Positions 14,134 through 27,430 of a DNA stretch of 64,000 bases are shown here, in pieces; within the stretch, counting starts at the first letter, position 1; every line of letters starts with the position of its first letter. The stretch is from the NCBI GenBank assembly GCA_965655095.1, contig OZ296649.1, positions 106,392,001 through 106,456,000 on the forward strand, in the 5' to 3' direction. A program made the position numbers and the translations under genes. This DNA is from Haplodiscus bocki (Eukaryota). Below the pieces are notes generated by a model. That model did not search any database. It saw only the letters and a list, made by a program, of their open reading frames with translations, and had not been told where the DNA came from.

Positions 14134-16065
14134 CTATTTCCTTGATAACTTGTCCAGAAGACTTTTATCGGATCAAGCGTACTGTGAAAGGGACTTTGTT
14201 GCTTTTACAAAGTTCGCACTGGTATCTGAGAGGCCAGGGTGAGTTAGTTTGTTTGGTCATCAATCCGGGTACAACGTTTTGAAAAAAATAGGAGGGTTTT
14301 GGGAAAACCGTATTTTTGACAGCTTCTTACAAAAATTTCTTTAGAAAACAATCTTTAGTATTTGAAATTTGCATCAAAACGCGACAATCTACACATGGCG
14401 TCTTCTATCTTTCAATTCACATAATATGCACCATGTTCATGCACAGTGAATGTGGGAGAGTCCACAGACATTAAGTTATTTGAAATTTTTTTTTCAGAAA
14501 ATTTGTGACTGAGACCTTGCTGAATAAAATTGGCGAAAATAGTCAAACGTCAGCTATTCGAAAAAAAAAATTGATCTCATTGATTGGTGCAGTTAACGGA
14601 GGTAATGGTGCAAATAACTGGCGAGTCGATTCATGGTGAAAATAAGCAAAATTTACCATTTGCCATCTAAAAAAATCTTGATTTCTGTGTCTTCATTGCA
14701 AAAAAAAATTAGATAAAACTGTCAGGACTACAGCCAAAAGTCAACACATTATAAGAATTCTTTACTATAGCAATTATCGAGAAATCTTTAAAAATCGTTT
14801 CCATAAGTGCCTATAAATGGCGCATTTGTTCAAAAACCTTGTTGGTTGCCAAGTTTGTTGTGACAGGAAAAATCAACCTTTTTATGTCTTGTTTCCCATC
14901 AGCTAAGTAAATAAGCCAATGACGAGTGCTGTGCGTCTACGAGATTGAAAGACTAAGATGAACAGGGCTTTAAAAACCTACTGAACATCAATCACTGCGA
15001 TGATTTTGAAGAAAGGCGTTTGGAAAACTCCTTTTGAGAATAAAATGGTCTGACTTCAGATGAGAACCCAACATTTCTTGTTGACGTTGACCGTGGCATC
15101 AGTACTTCACAAATTACATGAGCTAAAAAGAATCTGGGGAGTATACCAATAAACGTAGTCGCAGCCTACTATTGACTCTAAAGAGGATACTCTTTACAAT
15201 AACATCCTTTAAAATTGAAAACTTTCAAAATAAAAAGTCGTTTTCCTTGAATTTTTGGTTATTAATAACGTGTTGCGCCCCAATTAAAGCAATTAAAGCG
15301 AATGCATTGTGTTTAACCTGAAAACAGCAAATCACCATTGATGGCTCCTCACAATCTCAGCAAGCTGTGGGAGAAAATTGAAGCAAGACAATTTTCCACA
15401 AAGTGATTTAGGGATTGAAAATTCAATTTTGCGATGTTTTCGGCCGGCAAAACTTTTTTTACCGGAAAACTTTTCGCAGTGAATGCTCTCTGGGCATTAC
15501 ACTTCATTAGACTCGGTAGTTATTAGGTGTTAGGTACTGCAGCGCAGTAGTACACTTGAAAATACCACTTTTCAGATTAACGTTTCTAACTTGAACATTT
15601 TCTCCACTGAACTCAAGAAAACGAAAATTTTCGATGATTTTCTGTGGATCAAAATTAACCTGAAACGTTGCCGTACTTTCCCAAAAAAATTCGAAAAGGT
15701 CTGTGTCCAGTGACACGAGGGTTCAATGTTGCGCTTGCAGCAAAATACCACGAAAATCGCTAAAAAAAGCAATGCTAGGCGAAGTTTTTTAGTTTCAGCT
15801 GTTAACTCCGGTAAAAGCAGAATAATACGTTGGTTCCTCTTTCTGAAAGGTTAGTTTAAAATTATGCGCTATTTTTTGACTCAAATCAAGCAAAAAGATT
15901 AGTGGTCTGCTTTAAACATTTTTTTCTATAAAAAACAAGACGTTTCTTCACTTCGGAAACTGTTCATGATACCTCCCACTTCCAAAATCATCGAATCGGT
16001 CTTGCAAATTAATTTCTTGCACCAAATACTAGGAAGCTCACGCATGGTCTTCGAAACGGTGTCAT

Positions 16066-17585
16066 TGTGATGTACTGAATCAGGGTCTGAAATCACTGAG
16101 CGAGGGGACCTTTTGACAGAAGTACGAACTTTAGGATGAGGATAATTCTGGGAACGGTCCTCATTAAGTTCCTGGTTTTTCCTGTCAGAATTCCGAGAAG
16201 TCCCCGGAGCGCCTAGCGCCTCTGGATTGCAGCCAGATTAGTGAGTTCAGAAGAAACTCATCCAGTTTTGACAAAACCCCTAGTATTCGACTCTCTGCTC
16301 TGCCTGCTAAAAACCTAGAACAATTTCCTACGTACTTTTCCTTCAATTTTTCGTGAAAATTGAGTGATATCTTCCTCCTTGACTCTAAGAACATATGTGT
16401 TTCGCAACAAGTTGTGCCTGCGACGCTCCTCTTGACATTCTCCCTTGACTGCCGCTATTTTTTCTCATTTCATAATGTAGCCATTTTGCGGAAAATAACG
16501 AAAATAAACGAGAAGCATTCGAGATTGAATTGACTTTTTAAATTTTATTATCGATATAACTTGCAAAATGTAAATGACTGGTTGTTATCATCAGTACAAC
16601 ATCGAAAATCTTTCGTACTTTCGTTTCTCTTATCTTTGCTTTTTCCTTGGCGGGAAACAAAATTGTTTACACGACTAGTCAAAGTAAAGCACTTACTTTT
16701 ACCATTATAGTTCAAAAACTAATTGGCAACTCAGGTGAGGAAAAACATCTCTCCATCCATTTCCTCCAACATAAATTGCGTGTTTTCTATCTTTCCACCG
16801 AAACTGGCCGAACCCGATCTGCCGTAAAAAGACATCAAGGTCCTTATTTCTGCGGCCAAATATAGTTTACTAGTACAATATCAACGAACCAAATCTCTTC
16901 CATAATTGTGACTTGAAGAATTATGTTACAAAGCAACAATTAGAGGAAAAAAATACAAAGATTTCATGCAAAGAACAATGGTAGCTTATTGAAGAATGTA
17001 GCATTGAAAAATGATCAAGAACTAGCAGAATCTCATTTTAGTCCGTCATTCAAACTAGTGTCTACTAATGTGTTCCGGAACAGTTCCGTATTTACTAGTG
17101 GAACTATCAGAGGCAGCGATTAGTAGTGGTCAAGGTAGGCAACAGAACGGAAAATCCCCCTTCACTCAGTATTCAACTTTCGCAGCTCAATTTTCCGGCA
17201 CAGTTTTGAATGAGTAAATTGACTTATGAAGTCAACAGACCAGTAAATACAGAACGTGGGCGAAATCTATAGCCAGTACTGTAGTCTATTTTCTATTGCA
17301 TGGTTGCTTTTTTACAGTTAATAGAAAGTTCGTGCTACTTCATTTTATTTATAATACAGCAAATTGAATAAAACAGACCTCTAAAAGGTGAATATATGTA
17401 ATAAAGTAAATAAATTGATGTAAACATAGCACATTTAGGTTATTATTGGGAATTGTGTAAAATACGTTTTTGCTTTGTAAGAGTTCTGTCTTAGTCTGGA
17501 TCAGATTACTGGAATCATCTGTAGACTTACGTATGCTCCTTCACCCTAGATTACCTGTCCGCATGCTCGCAGATGTTCTGTGACA
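16066..17585 (-). mobile_element. Solo LTR (~1.5 kb) of an LTR retrotransposon, containing a decayed gag-like 5' end
   Basis: TG...CA ends (minus strand TGTCAC...ATCACA); near-TSD GTCAT (16061-16065) / GTCAG (17586-17590). Homologous to 22564-24330 at the 5' end, in the internal hairpin region and in the peptide ESRILGVLSKLDEFLLN. Confidence 0.8.
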
Positions 17586-20500
17586 GTCAGTGTTCAAATT
17601 GGACTGTACATAATTTAACTCTATCCTATTGGATAGTCAAAAATCAACAATTACCTGGAAGAAAAAAATTGCGTTTGCCTTAAACCCCTGTACAAAAACC
17701 TGAAAGTAAACAAATAGGAAAAGAAAAACGTTGTAGTGTCTCATACGACGGGTTTCGCGATATTGAGTTGCGCCAAAACCAAAGTTATAAATCCACATCT
17801 TCCGTCATTAATCAGGGAAAACTTTGTATTTAAGCCAAAAGCTGCCGCGCGGAAAACAAACGAGAGTTTTTTTTACTGTCTGCAAACTTTTCGAATTCTA
17901 CTGACTAGAAGCGCCATACTTTATCCAAAATTTTAAGGCCCTCAAATTTGGAAGAAGCAGAAAAGGTCGTGCAAAGAGAAATAATGTACTTGTTCAAATT
18001 AAACGGCCGACAAAAGGGCATCTCGGCTATTGCTTCCAGCCCAGGAAAGGCTATGAAATTTTTGGAAACCTTAAAGCTTTTCTCAACAGGCTTTGCTTTG
18101 TTCGCTTGAATTTTCCATTCAGTAGGTGCGTTACGTAAGTTTTGCCATGAGACTCACTTCTTCATACCGCCGGTAAATGTTCGCCGTCTTGACCTTCCCC
18201 GAAACTCTTTAAAACTGCTAGTGGTTGCGAATTGAAAATTATAAACATCGAGACGACTATTCGACCATGGTAAAGGAATCTCACAACAGGCACAAAATAT
18301 GTGAGTCTTCGAGGGAAACTAGCGTAGCAATTGAAGCGAAGAAATCCATGTAGTTCTGATTTCGATGATTTCGAGGTCTTTACCTTTTATCTTTGAGGAC
18401 TTTGAGCGAAACGAGGATGTTATGTTCTTCTCCTTTTTAGGATAATCGATTTTTTTAATTTTCCCGACTTCGAGAGATACATGAATGACCTTAAATGGAC
18501 GATTTGTTTTTTTGGTCTTCGTTATTTTTTTGTTTTGATTTCAAGTTTTTCGCAAAGTCTTGGATGTTTATCAGAATTATCAGACTCTATGACTTGTGAC
18601 CGCATAAATTTTTCTGATGCAACTTCAGAAAACTCTCAGCTAAAGATCAATTAATTGTTTCGACTTAGAGCTTTTTGGCCCAGAATATTTTTTTAAAATG
18701 CAGTTTTACATAGTTTATTAGTACCTTCAGCCTTTAAATTATCGCCGCTCTGCTCCTCAAAGCCAACATATGTTGTGGGAAAACGCGTGGTGAAGATTTA
18801 CGTGGCCCGTTTTTAAAAGAACTGTTCTCATCTTCAGCTTTTAGCCGACTTGTTTATTTATTCTTTTCGCCCACAAAAATGTGAGATTTCAAAGTTTCGT
18901 TGACCTCTGCATTATGAAGTTTTTCACTCGCCCGGCTCGGTGGCAGTTTTTTAGAGTTCCTTCTTCGCTCTCGGCTAATTTCTGGGACCCTTGATAGGTA
19001 ATAATTTTTCGTTTTGCCAAAGTTGATGAAAAAATTACATTCAAATTGTCTTCTTTGATCAAAGCGGAGAGGAGCTACAACAGGTATAGAAAAGGGATCT
19101 TCTTCTTTCGAGGCTCAGACCAGGGAAACAATTCGCCGCTGAGAACTTTACGTACTACAAGTTTATACTTTTGAAGGAAGCTACTTCTCGATCAAAACAT
19201 TTTGACAAAAGCAAATTTCAGAAATCTCTAAGTTATTGCCGCCATGGAAATTCTGCGAGCTAGTTTTAACACTGGTGAAAAGAATTCATTGACATGGGTC
19301 TTTTGGAGAATTTTGTAGAATAGCATTTTGCCTTTATGTTTCAGAGTGTCATACTAGTTGCTTCAGTAAAGCTAGTCACGAAAATTTTACTGGAAACTGA
19401 TTTGGTACTTCATCTCCTGAACCATTTGTTGTCTAATTATTGAGCTGTTTTGACGTGCCAAAAAACTTCGCCACGCGAACGATCGTGTTGTCACTCTCTC
19501 TACTAACTCAGCTTACCTATGTGAATTTTATAGGCTATTGAGCGTACGTTTCGAAGTTCCCTCAAGAAAAAAATTCGGGGCCTCACTTTTCAAAAAGGTT
19601 TAGCTTGAGTTTTGCTTTTACTCTCTATAGAACTTGATAGTCCTTTGAGCCTTGAACGGTTCATTCTCGAATACCTTCTTCAACGTTCGATGCTTCTCAT
19701 CATGTACAGCAAAACTGATGGAATCTGAAGTTCACTACTTTCCATGATCCCTTTCATTACCGTCTCTTATCTCATCCTATACCTTTTGTGAAGAACAATG
19801 GAAGCTGATAGCCCTTTATTGTATCTTTAGATTCTCTGTTAACAGTTATCTAAAGTGATTTACTGAGACTTCCAGTAAGCATCGGTAATTTGATGTTCGC
19901 TTTTTCGCTAACTGTAATTTAATGATTTTCTATGACACCTTTTAGGTTGAGTATCTGAAAGTTTTGATTAACGTCCCTGGTGTATTGAATCATCTCGAAG
20001 TTTTCGGACACCAACAAATTGTGAGATCTGTCGGAGAAGCAATCAGTTTGGGCAGTAGACACCATGGAAAGGCTGACACCCTAGAATGCTATTACAGATT
20101 CCATGTTTGAGTCTAGTTTATTCATTCTGAAAATGCGGTTTCAACGATTATCTGAGACAACCAATCAATCATTGTAGATCCATCTGAGTGGCGACACTGA
20201 ACGAGATAACAAAAAAACACCTTACTTTTTCAACTTTCGAGACTTTTTCATGCTAGGACCTCGATTCACTTTTGAGTCAAAAAATGTACGAGATGTCTTT
20301 GGTTCGCTATATCTTACAGCTTGACATCGCCCCTTGTATCAGAAACAAAATTTTCGCGTCCAAAAAGTGTCCTTGGTGGCATGAGCGCTTCGTTTTCTTT
20401 ATTTCCCAGTTTACTGAAAGAGCTGACAGTTGATCTTCACTGATTCTAGATCCTAAGTGTTATCACTACGCAAGCCATGCGCCGAGTGCAGATTCTTCAC

Positions 20501-22563
20501 TGCAGCCGGTGAATATCCGACACAATCAACTTTCTTGCCAGTCTGACAACCTCTCACAGTTCGGGTGGTTAACAGATAACTGCCTCGAGTATGAAGACAT
20601 TTGGTGTTTCATGTTGTGTAGTTGTTGGGGATCGTCGTCGCTGCATTCATTTCGCGTCATGTTGAAAAGTTTAATACTTGTTTCAATGTTGGGCTATGGG
20701 GTTCTGAAAACGAAGCTGTGAAATGAAATAGTCCCAAATGTGCCTAGAGTTGAAATCCGGAAACTTCTGCCCGTGTGAAAAAGAAACAGTCCGACCGCCT
20801 TCAATTTTTCTGAGGTTCACTCGAATGGAAGTACAGCCGATTTGTCGAAAGCTGTTTTGAGCCCAGTAGATAGACAGAAGAAACAAAGGTTGAGAAAGAA
20901 ACGGATACAGCTGGCTTACGCAGTGATTTGGCAACTGACATCTTAAGTGAGTCCTCATTGGACCTCCCGAATCTGTCAACAAGTCTCATAGACTCAAACA
21001 GGTAATTCTCAAAACACTTCCAGTAGACAATCGGTAAAAGGTTTTCCGTTATGCGGAAGATGCACAGTAAGGTAAGAGCAGCAGCTGCCAAGGTTAGCGA
21101 ACGCTTAAAAAACCCATAAGAAAACTCTACCTATCTTTCTAATGTAGGAAAACAGCTAGTGATTTCTATCGAAAAAAGCTGTTTTCCGAGAAAAAAACCC
21201 AGAGTTTCGGGCCCATAGGAAAAACTGCAGAATCTGAACAAAGACAAAAAGAGACTAGTTGGTTCCGTTGGTAAAGCGGCGGAAAACGTTAAAAGTGTGA
21301 AAAAACTTCTACTTCCTAATAAAAACGAACGAAACTTTGCATTTGTGAGAAAAAAAGAAAACTCCTCAAATGTTTGAAAATTGGACTACCGGGTCCTCAG
21401 GCAAGAGAATGGAACAAAGAAGGTGCGAAGAAACAAATAGGAGATCCCCAATCAATTACGGTTTTGGCTACGGTCTTATCGACCTACTGCTCTATTGTCC
21501 TCAGTTTGCGCAAGAGAACTTTGTTTCACAACACCTTCCTTTTGTGTGTATAATGAAGACAAAAAGTTTCAAGGACAACTAGCAAGTAACGGAAAATTAA
21601 TCATGTTCCCTCTGACTTCGCTCAAACGACACAAAAAGTTTCCTGGGTGATACAACAAAAAGAATAAATTGATTTCTTTCGGTCCATAAGAAGAATGGGG
21701 CAGTTTTTTGTTATCTCTTGTAGTTCGTTCGCGTACTGCAAGTCAACTCTCCTGCTGCAAATTTTATGCTGTTGACTCTCTCATGTGAAAAACTTTTTTC
21801 ACATTGGGGAATGATTTCACAGAACAAGCTTGAATTCCGTCTGTTTCGTGGGAAAGCAAAACCCTTTAAAATTTTGATGGAAGTGACTCACAAGACAGTC
21901 GCCAAAACGCCAACTGTCTTCTAAAGAACTAATGGAAAAAAGTTGGACAAGTTAACTCCGAGTACCCCAAAGCACACCTACAAAAAAGAAAAACTAACCT
22001 TGCTACCGCTTTTGACGTCAAATTCAAGGACGCAATCAAAAAACTGGTAGAAATGACCTTTACTACGCAACTCTGAGTACTCAACGTTCCTCAATGAATT
22101 GGTATTCCACGCTCGACGGCATTTGCCAAGGAAGTTCGAAAAAAGAAGCCAAATTGGATTTTACTTTAATTTCAGTTGAGTCACTTTAAATGACCAGCCA
22201 AAAATCTCATTCAAAGTACAATACACCGCAAGCACCTTCATCCATAGGGAAAACAGATTGGATCAAAAATGTCCCTCGATCAACGGTTTTCCCGATTACG
22301 AACTGGATTGGTCCCTTACAAGTGATCTAAAACGGAAGAAAGGACGTTTAAGGTGTCTTGAAGATCATTCGAGAGTTCTCCAAGAGCAGTACTCATTCTC
22401 CTTGCATCACTTGGAAAACGGAGAGTTAATCATTTTTGGCAATATCACCAACACATATAAACAAGCTTTAAAAACAACCAAGCACAGTGTTTCTTTCGAT
22501 TTGATTTGACAGGAATGCTCCGAACAGCAATGATTCAACAGCTCAGCTGCACATAACAAGAAC

Positions 22564-24330
22564 TGTCGCAGCACACCTGCGAGGCATGCGACCAACCCCT
22601 TCCACAGACAAAGACATCCTAACGCCCAATGGAAAACTTAACACTCTAAACACTACTAATCAGACTCATAACAAATTATTTTTTAGACTACTTTAACCAT
22701 TGTGCATATACACGGATACGTATGTAATACGTATCCATAATAAATGCACAGAAATATTAACTGATCCAAACTAGGACGGAACCGTTACGGAGCAAACTAG
22801 TGTTCACAGAGCAATTGATCCTTAAAGGTGCTATTTTTATATTAATCTATTTAGTTATTTAAATATTAAATATAGATCCACCTTTTTGGTACAATTGCAG
22901 TAATTAATAGTAATAAGTGCAGTTTACAGCAGTGATTGACTTTCAAAAGTGCTAGCAATAGAGCGGCTTATTCGTATTAAATTGACTCTCGGAGTGAATA
23001 TTTGTTTCGTACGTGTTCCGTCGTCACTAGTTTGGTGACGTCATTAATACTACTCTAACTATGCCGTGCTGCAGTGCTATGGTGAATACGGAGTGAATCC
23101 GTATTCACTCCTAATTCGAGCTCGGCTGACTGAATTGAAACGAATGCTACTAGTGGCTACGGAGCTGTTCCGGATACCACTAGTAGCAGACTGAATTTTA
23201 ACTTGTACTACTAGTGGCTACGGAGCTGCTCCGGATACCACTAGTAGCTACTAGGCGGAACGAGGAGTAAATTAGTAATGATACTAGTTTCTCCTCATTT
23301 CCAAAATACTGAAAGCTTAATTAATTAGATGATGGTGATACGAATGTGAAGGTGATGATTAAATGTATTCATATAATGAAGTCATGTATTTTGTATTTTA
23401 TTTTAGTTTCCTCATTTTTATTTTTGTAATTTTATTTTCTACTCTCCCAAACAAGGAAATTCTTTGAACTTTCTATCTATGGAGTATACAATAAACAACA
23501 TGTCGGCGCGGGAATAAACGCTTTGATGTCCATCTCCGACGGATTGGGACCGTCCATTTTCTGTCGAAAGATGGAAACGGCGCGTCCTATGATGGAAGAG
23601 ATGGATGGAAAAGTTGTTTATTTCCCGCCAGAGTCGGCATTTTTCACTTTGATGTGCTGATGTCTAAAGTCTTTTCCCTATTTGTACTTTGACTTGGCGG
23701 GTCAACAATTATGTTTCCCGCTAGGGAAAGGTATAAATAGGAGAAATGAAAATACAGTTGACAGTTGATTTTTATTTTTCTCTGCTAGTAACTTACTGAC
23801 GATATTAATCCAGTACTGTAAAAACTTCCTTGATTGTATTATTTGGTCACTGTAAAACTCAAATTGTTTTCTTGCCTCAACTCACTTAATAAAGTTTTAC
23901 TGACTGGCATTTATTTTTTCCTCGTCAAAAATGACCACTCGAAACAAGAGAAAATTGGCAGCGTTGAATAGAAAAAATTGTGCAAAAAATCCTAGGAGCA
24001 ACATGGCACAAAACTCAGGCCCTCCTAGATCGCAGGAGGACTACATAACTCAAGTCTCCGAGGAGATTGAGGGAAGGGTCACGAAAAGGCTGTCAAAGGA
24101 GTTCAGTCGAACAGAGAACCGCATTCTTGGTGCTCTAGCGCGACTCGATGACTTTCTGATGAACCCACTATTACCGGGACACTCCGGAACCACTCCGGAG
24201 CCCACCCGGAACACATCACATAATAACCAGGGAACGAATGAGGACGGTTCCCAGAATGATCCTCATCCTGAAGCGTGTCCCTTCCACGGCCAAACAACAC
24301 GAAACGTTAGCCTAGAAGGACAACACGACA
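22564..24330 (+). mobile_element. Solo LTR (1767 bp) of an LTR retrotransposon (Gypsy or BEL type)
   Basis: Ends TGTCG...CGACA; perfect 5-bp TSD AGAAC (22559-22563 and 24331-24335); homologous to 16066-17585. Confidence 0.9.
23931..24330 (+). pseudogene. N-terminal gag-like ORF inside the LTR, truncated at the LTR end
   Basis: Open frame MTTRNKRKLAAL...ENRILGALARLDDFLMNP runs to the terminal CA. A paralogous peptide is present in the second LTR. The gag identity is an inference from position. Confidence 0.55.
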
Positions 24331-26349
24331 AGAACTTACCTCAATGTCTTTGCGTTAAAGCACAAACGCTTGAAAGCCTTCCTCATTTCACAAGAGGTGA
24401 CTCTTTCAACTGACGTTTTTCAGACACTTTTCAGAAACATCCGATGTCCGTCAAGCCTCGATTCGATTGTACCTAAGGACAATTCATTGTTTTCGACTCA
24501 GCTGAGGGTTTATTATAAAAAAAAAATTGGCCTTCTTAGGTACATATAAAAACAAAACAAATGGTGCTGAATGCATTTCAAGCTCTTTGGGATGTGCAAT
24601 TCGTTGTTATCGTGTACGACAATGCTCGTTATATTACCAACTACATGAGCAAAGTCAGCAAAGGATTGAATAATTTTCGGATTATGCCGTCAAAAGTTTT
24701 AAAAACACTTATGATCCGGGAACGGATTCGTTGAGAAATCTCGGCAACGTTTTCAATAGAGGTACTGAACTTTGTGTCAAGCTGCTATCTTAACAAGTCA
24801 TAAAACTGTTTAAGCATTACAACACCTACTAGGAAAATTGTGTCAACCACTGAACCTGATACCCGAGCTGCAATTTTGAAACCAATTGGGAAAGTTCAGA
24901 AAATATCAGCCACTTCAAGTGAGATAACTTGCAGCAATTATCTGAAACAAACGTTATTCGAATATTCATAAACAGTTTTACTATTTGGCTTGCCAAGGAT
25001 TTTGCCTTGTTTGCGAATTGTACGGCACAAAATAGACAAAACGATTTCCTTGACATCTACGTGTTGAACAAAGGTCAGTTGGTGAGAAACTGCTAACTAC
25101 CTAGGTCAACAGAAGCGTTGAAATATGTGAATTACGGGACTTTGAAGTTTCCAATCCTGAGAAAATTCTACTATGTTAGAAAAAGAAGATTTGTGCAGAG
25201 AAAAGAGCTCTCACCAGATCCAGTCTACGACAAGACGCTCTTCTGAATGCTCAATCGGTGATTGAAGAAGTAGGCGAATGTTTTCAAGAGTTTGAGAATG
25301 GAAGTAAATGATCGGAATTAGACGGCCCAAATAAAAGATCTCTGAGTGATCCAATACGATCCAAGAGTACGAAAAAACTAGGTCACTTGGAAAAACCAGA
25401 ATCTTTGCAATTTTTCTTCATTTATTTGAAAGACTTTTGAAATCATTATACTGCATCAACTCAGCGCCAATTGGAAGCCGTAGCTTAGCTAGTTTAATTA
25501 AACGAAGAAAGCGTATTTGAGCCGTCTGGCCGTCGGTGCGATTCACAGTTAGTGACGAACACGCCTTTTCTTCCGACATCGATAGTTTGACGTTTGTGAG
25601 GTTTCAAGTGAACCTTGCGAAGCGATAATACAGACCAAGACGCTTTCTGTTGCAGAACCAATGATTTGATATTTTTTTGGTATAACAAACTGCGTTTCTT
25701 TTCTGTTTATTGAAGTTGAAAGTTTTCGAAGTGAGAAAGTTTCAGTAATCAGTTAAAACTTTTACTTTTGCATTTTGATTCAAATCATATGCCACCTGGC
25801 AGAATTTCCAGTGAAGTGAAAGTACTTGCTACGGAGAAACGTATCTACAACTGGCTGTGAATTTGGCTCAAAAATATGCGCTAAAGTTCTTAGCGTGTTT
25901 GTTTTAAGTTTTTTGTTTTCGGCAAAAATTTTTTGCGGTATATTTTTTCTCCGAGCACTCATATCTGATAAACTTGGAACAGTATCTGTACATTTTTTTT
26001 CGTACACCTAGGTGCCAGACCAAAGCAAAAGTTTTGTTGGGATTTTATGGAGGAAATTTGTTCAACATATTTTTTTTCGCCGGAATAACGTGAAGAGTTG
26101 GAAATTTTTTCAACTAAAAACGTAATTTTACACCTCTGTTACTTGCGAGCAGTGCTTCGCAACTCCCTAAATAGTTTGACTGAAAACCTTCCATTTCCTG
26201 TTGTTCCCATGGAAAAATCGAAAAAAAGGACAAAAAATGTTTCTCTTGGCCGCAATTCTGACCTAAACATCCTTGTTTTAGTCAGAAGGCCGACTTACAT
26301 AATACTGGTCTAAGTAACTCCTATAGAACAGAACATTGTTCAATTTGGA

Positions 26350-27430
26350 GCCTACGCATCAACAAAATGTTACTTCAACGTCGAAGATATGTATAGGTTC
26401 AATTTTTGAACAGTCAAAGTTTTGCAAAAAATTATAATTGGCGCCAAAAATCCACAATCACTCTACCTAACTAATCAAATGCACCTGTTCCTTGTGCCAG
26501 AACTATTCACTTCCCAACACCCCAAAGTCGCTGGAAGCTCACAGAAGAGCGTCATTAAATCGCTGCTCATTTCCGTAAATCATGGCGTAGGGCAAATTTT
26601 TCTCAGACAGCCTAATTCACTGTAAAATATTTTTTTCCACAAACATTTTTAGGTATTGTCTGATGTTTTCAAGACTCTTTTCATCAATAAATCTTAGGGC
26701 AGTTACTTTTTGGGACTGTATCAAATGCTTCCAAGGTTGTGGCTGCTTCAATATTTCCTTTTCGTTTGTTTTTTTGAAAAAGAAAAAGGCTGTTGCACTT
26801 CTTCCGAAGGTATGAAATGCTTTGCAGCTAGCGTTTAGCAGATACAGAAGCGACGCCAACTTACGCAGCGTTCGGAATTTTATGTTAATTTTGGTCATCT
26901 TTTTTCTCAAATTCCGCTGGCGAGGCTAGTTTTGATTATGTTTTTAGTCTTTTTCGTCATTAGTGGCCTTTTGTTGATGGTTACCAATGCAAGTTTTTGA
27001 AAACATCGGCCGCGAACACATTTTCCAATGAAGTTTCCGATTGGCCCGTTCTCACGCTTCCAAAGAACGACCTCAATTTTCAAGAGCTTCCTTTTGTCTC
27101 AGCAGACCAATACTACAGCACAACAGGATTTGAAGCATGTTGAGGTATCGAAGACGATACAAGGTGTAAAAATGCTTTTTATTTGGAAAAAACAAAGACT
27201 TTGTGATTTTTAATACTAGCTTTCCACTGTCAAAAATTTTACTCTTCCGGAAGCTGAGGATTCCATAACACCCAAATACTGATTGAACCAAAAAAATAGT
27301 TGTCTTGAAAACCTTTTGTTGTCTTTTTTTCTTTTTCCTCGGTTGATGCGGCTTTTTGTCTCGAAGAAGAAGGACAGAAGAGTGTCTTTTTAGTGATAGT
27401 TTTTTTCACAATTACCGTCCCGCCCATGGT
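26350..27430 (-). pseudogene. Possible highly decayed Pif1-like (Helitron) helicase
   Basis: FFGSISIWVLWNPQLPEE resembles FGGxxVxxxGDxxQLPPV. Downstream, LPATLG..AQG..LGRVIVDF-like fragments (frameshifted) resemble helicase motif V. Very degenerate. Confidence 0.3.

Larger units (their letters stand above)
21700..24900 (+). pseudogene. Decayed Helitron/Helentron Rep region, interrupted by the solo LTR
   Basis: QYHQHI*TSFKNNQAQCFFRF (22440-22502; resembles QxHxHxxxCxK...CRF) lies before the LTR. VLNAFQALWDVQFVVIVYDNARYITNYMSKVSKG (from 24564; resembles ANMDIQ...YxxxYxSK) and RNLGNVFNRGTEL (from 24734) lie after it. Outer limits approximate. Confidence 0.6.

Noticed and set aside
19500-20500. 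Possible decayed Gypsy RNase H/integrase on the minus strand
   Set aside because: Only faint motif echoes; no catalytic motif could be read with confidence.
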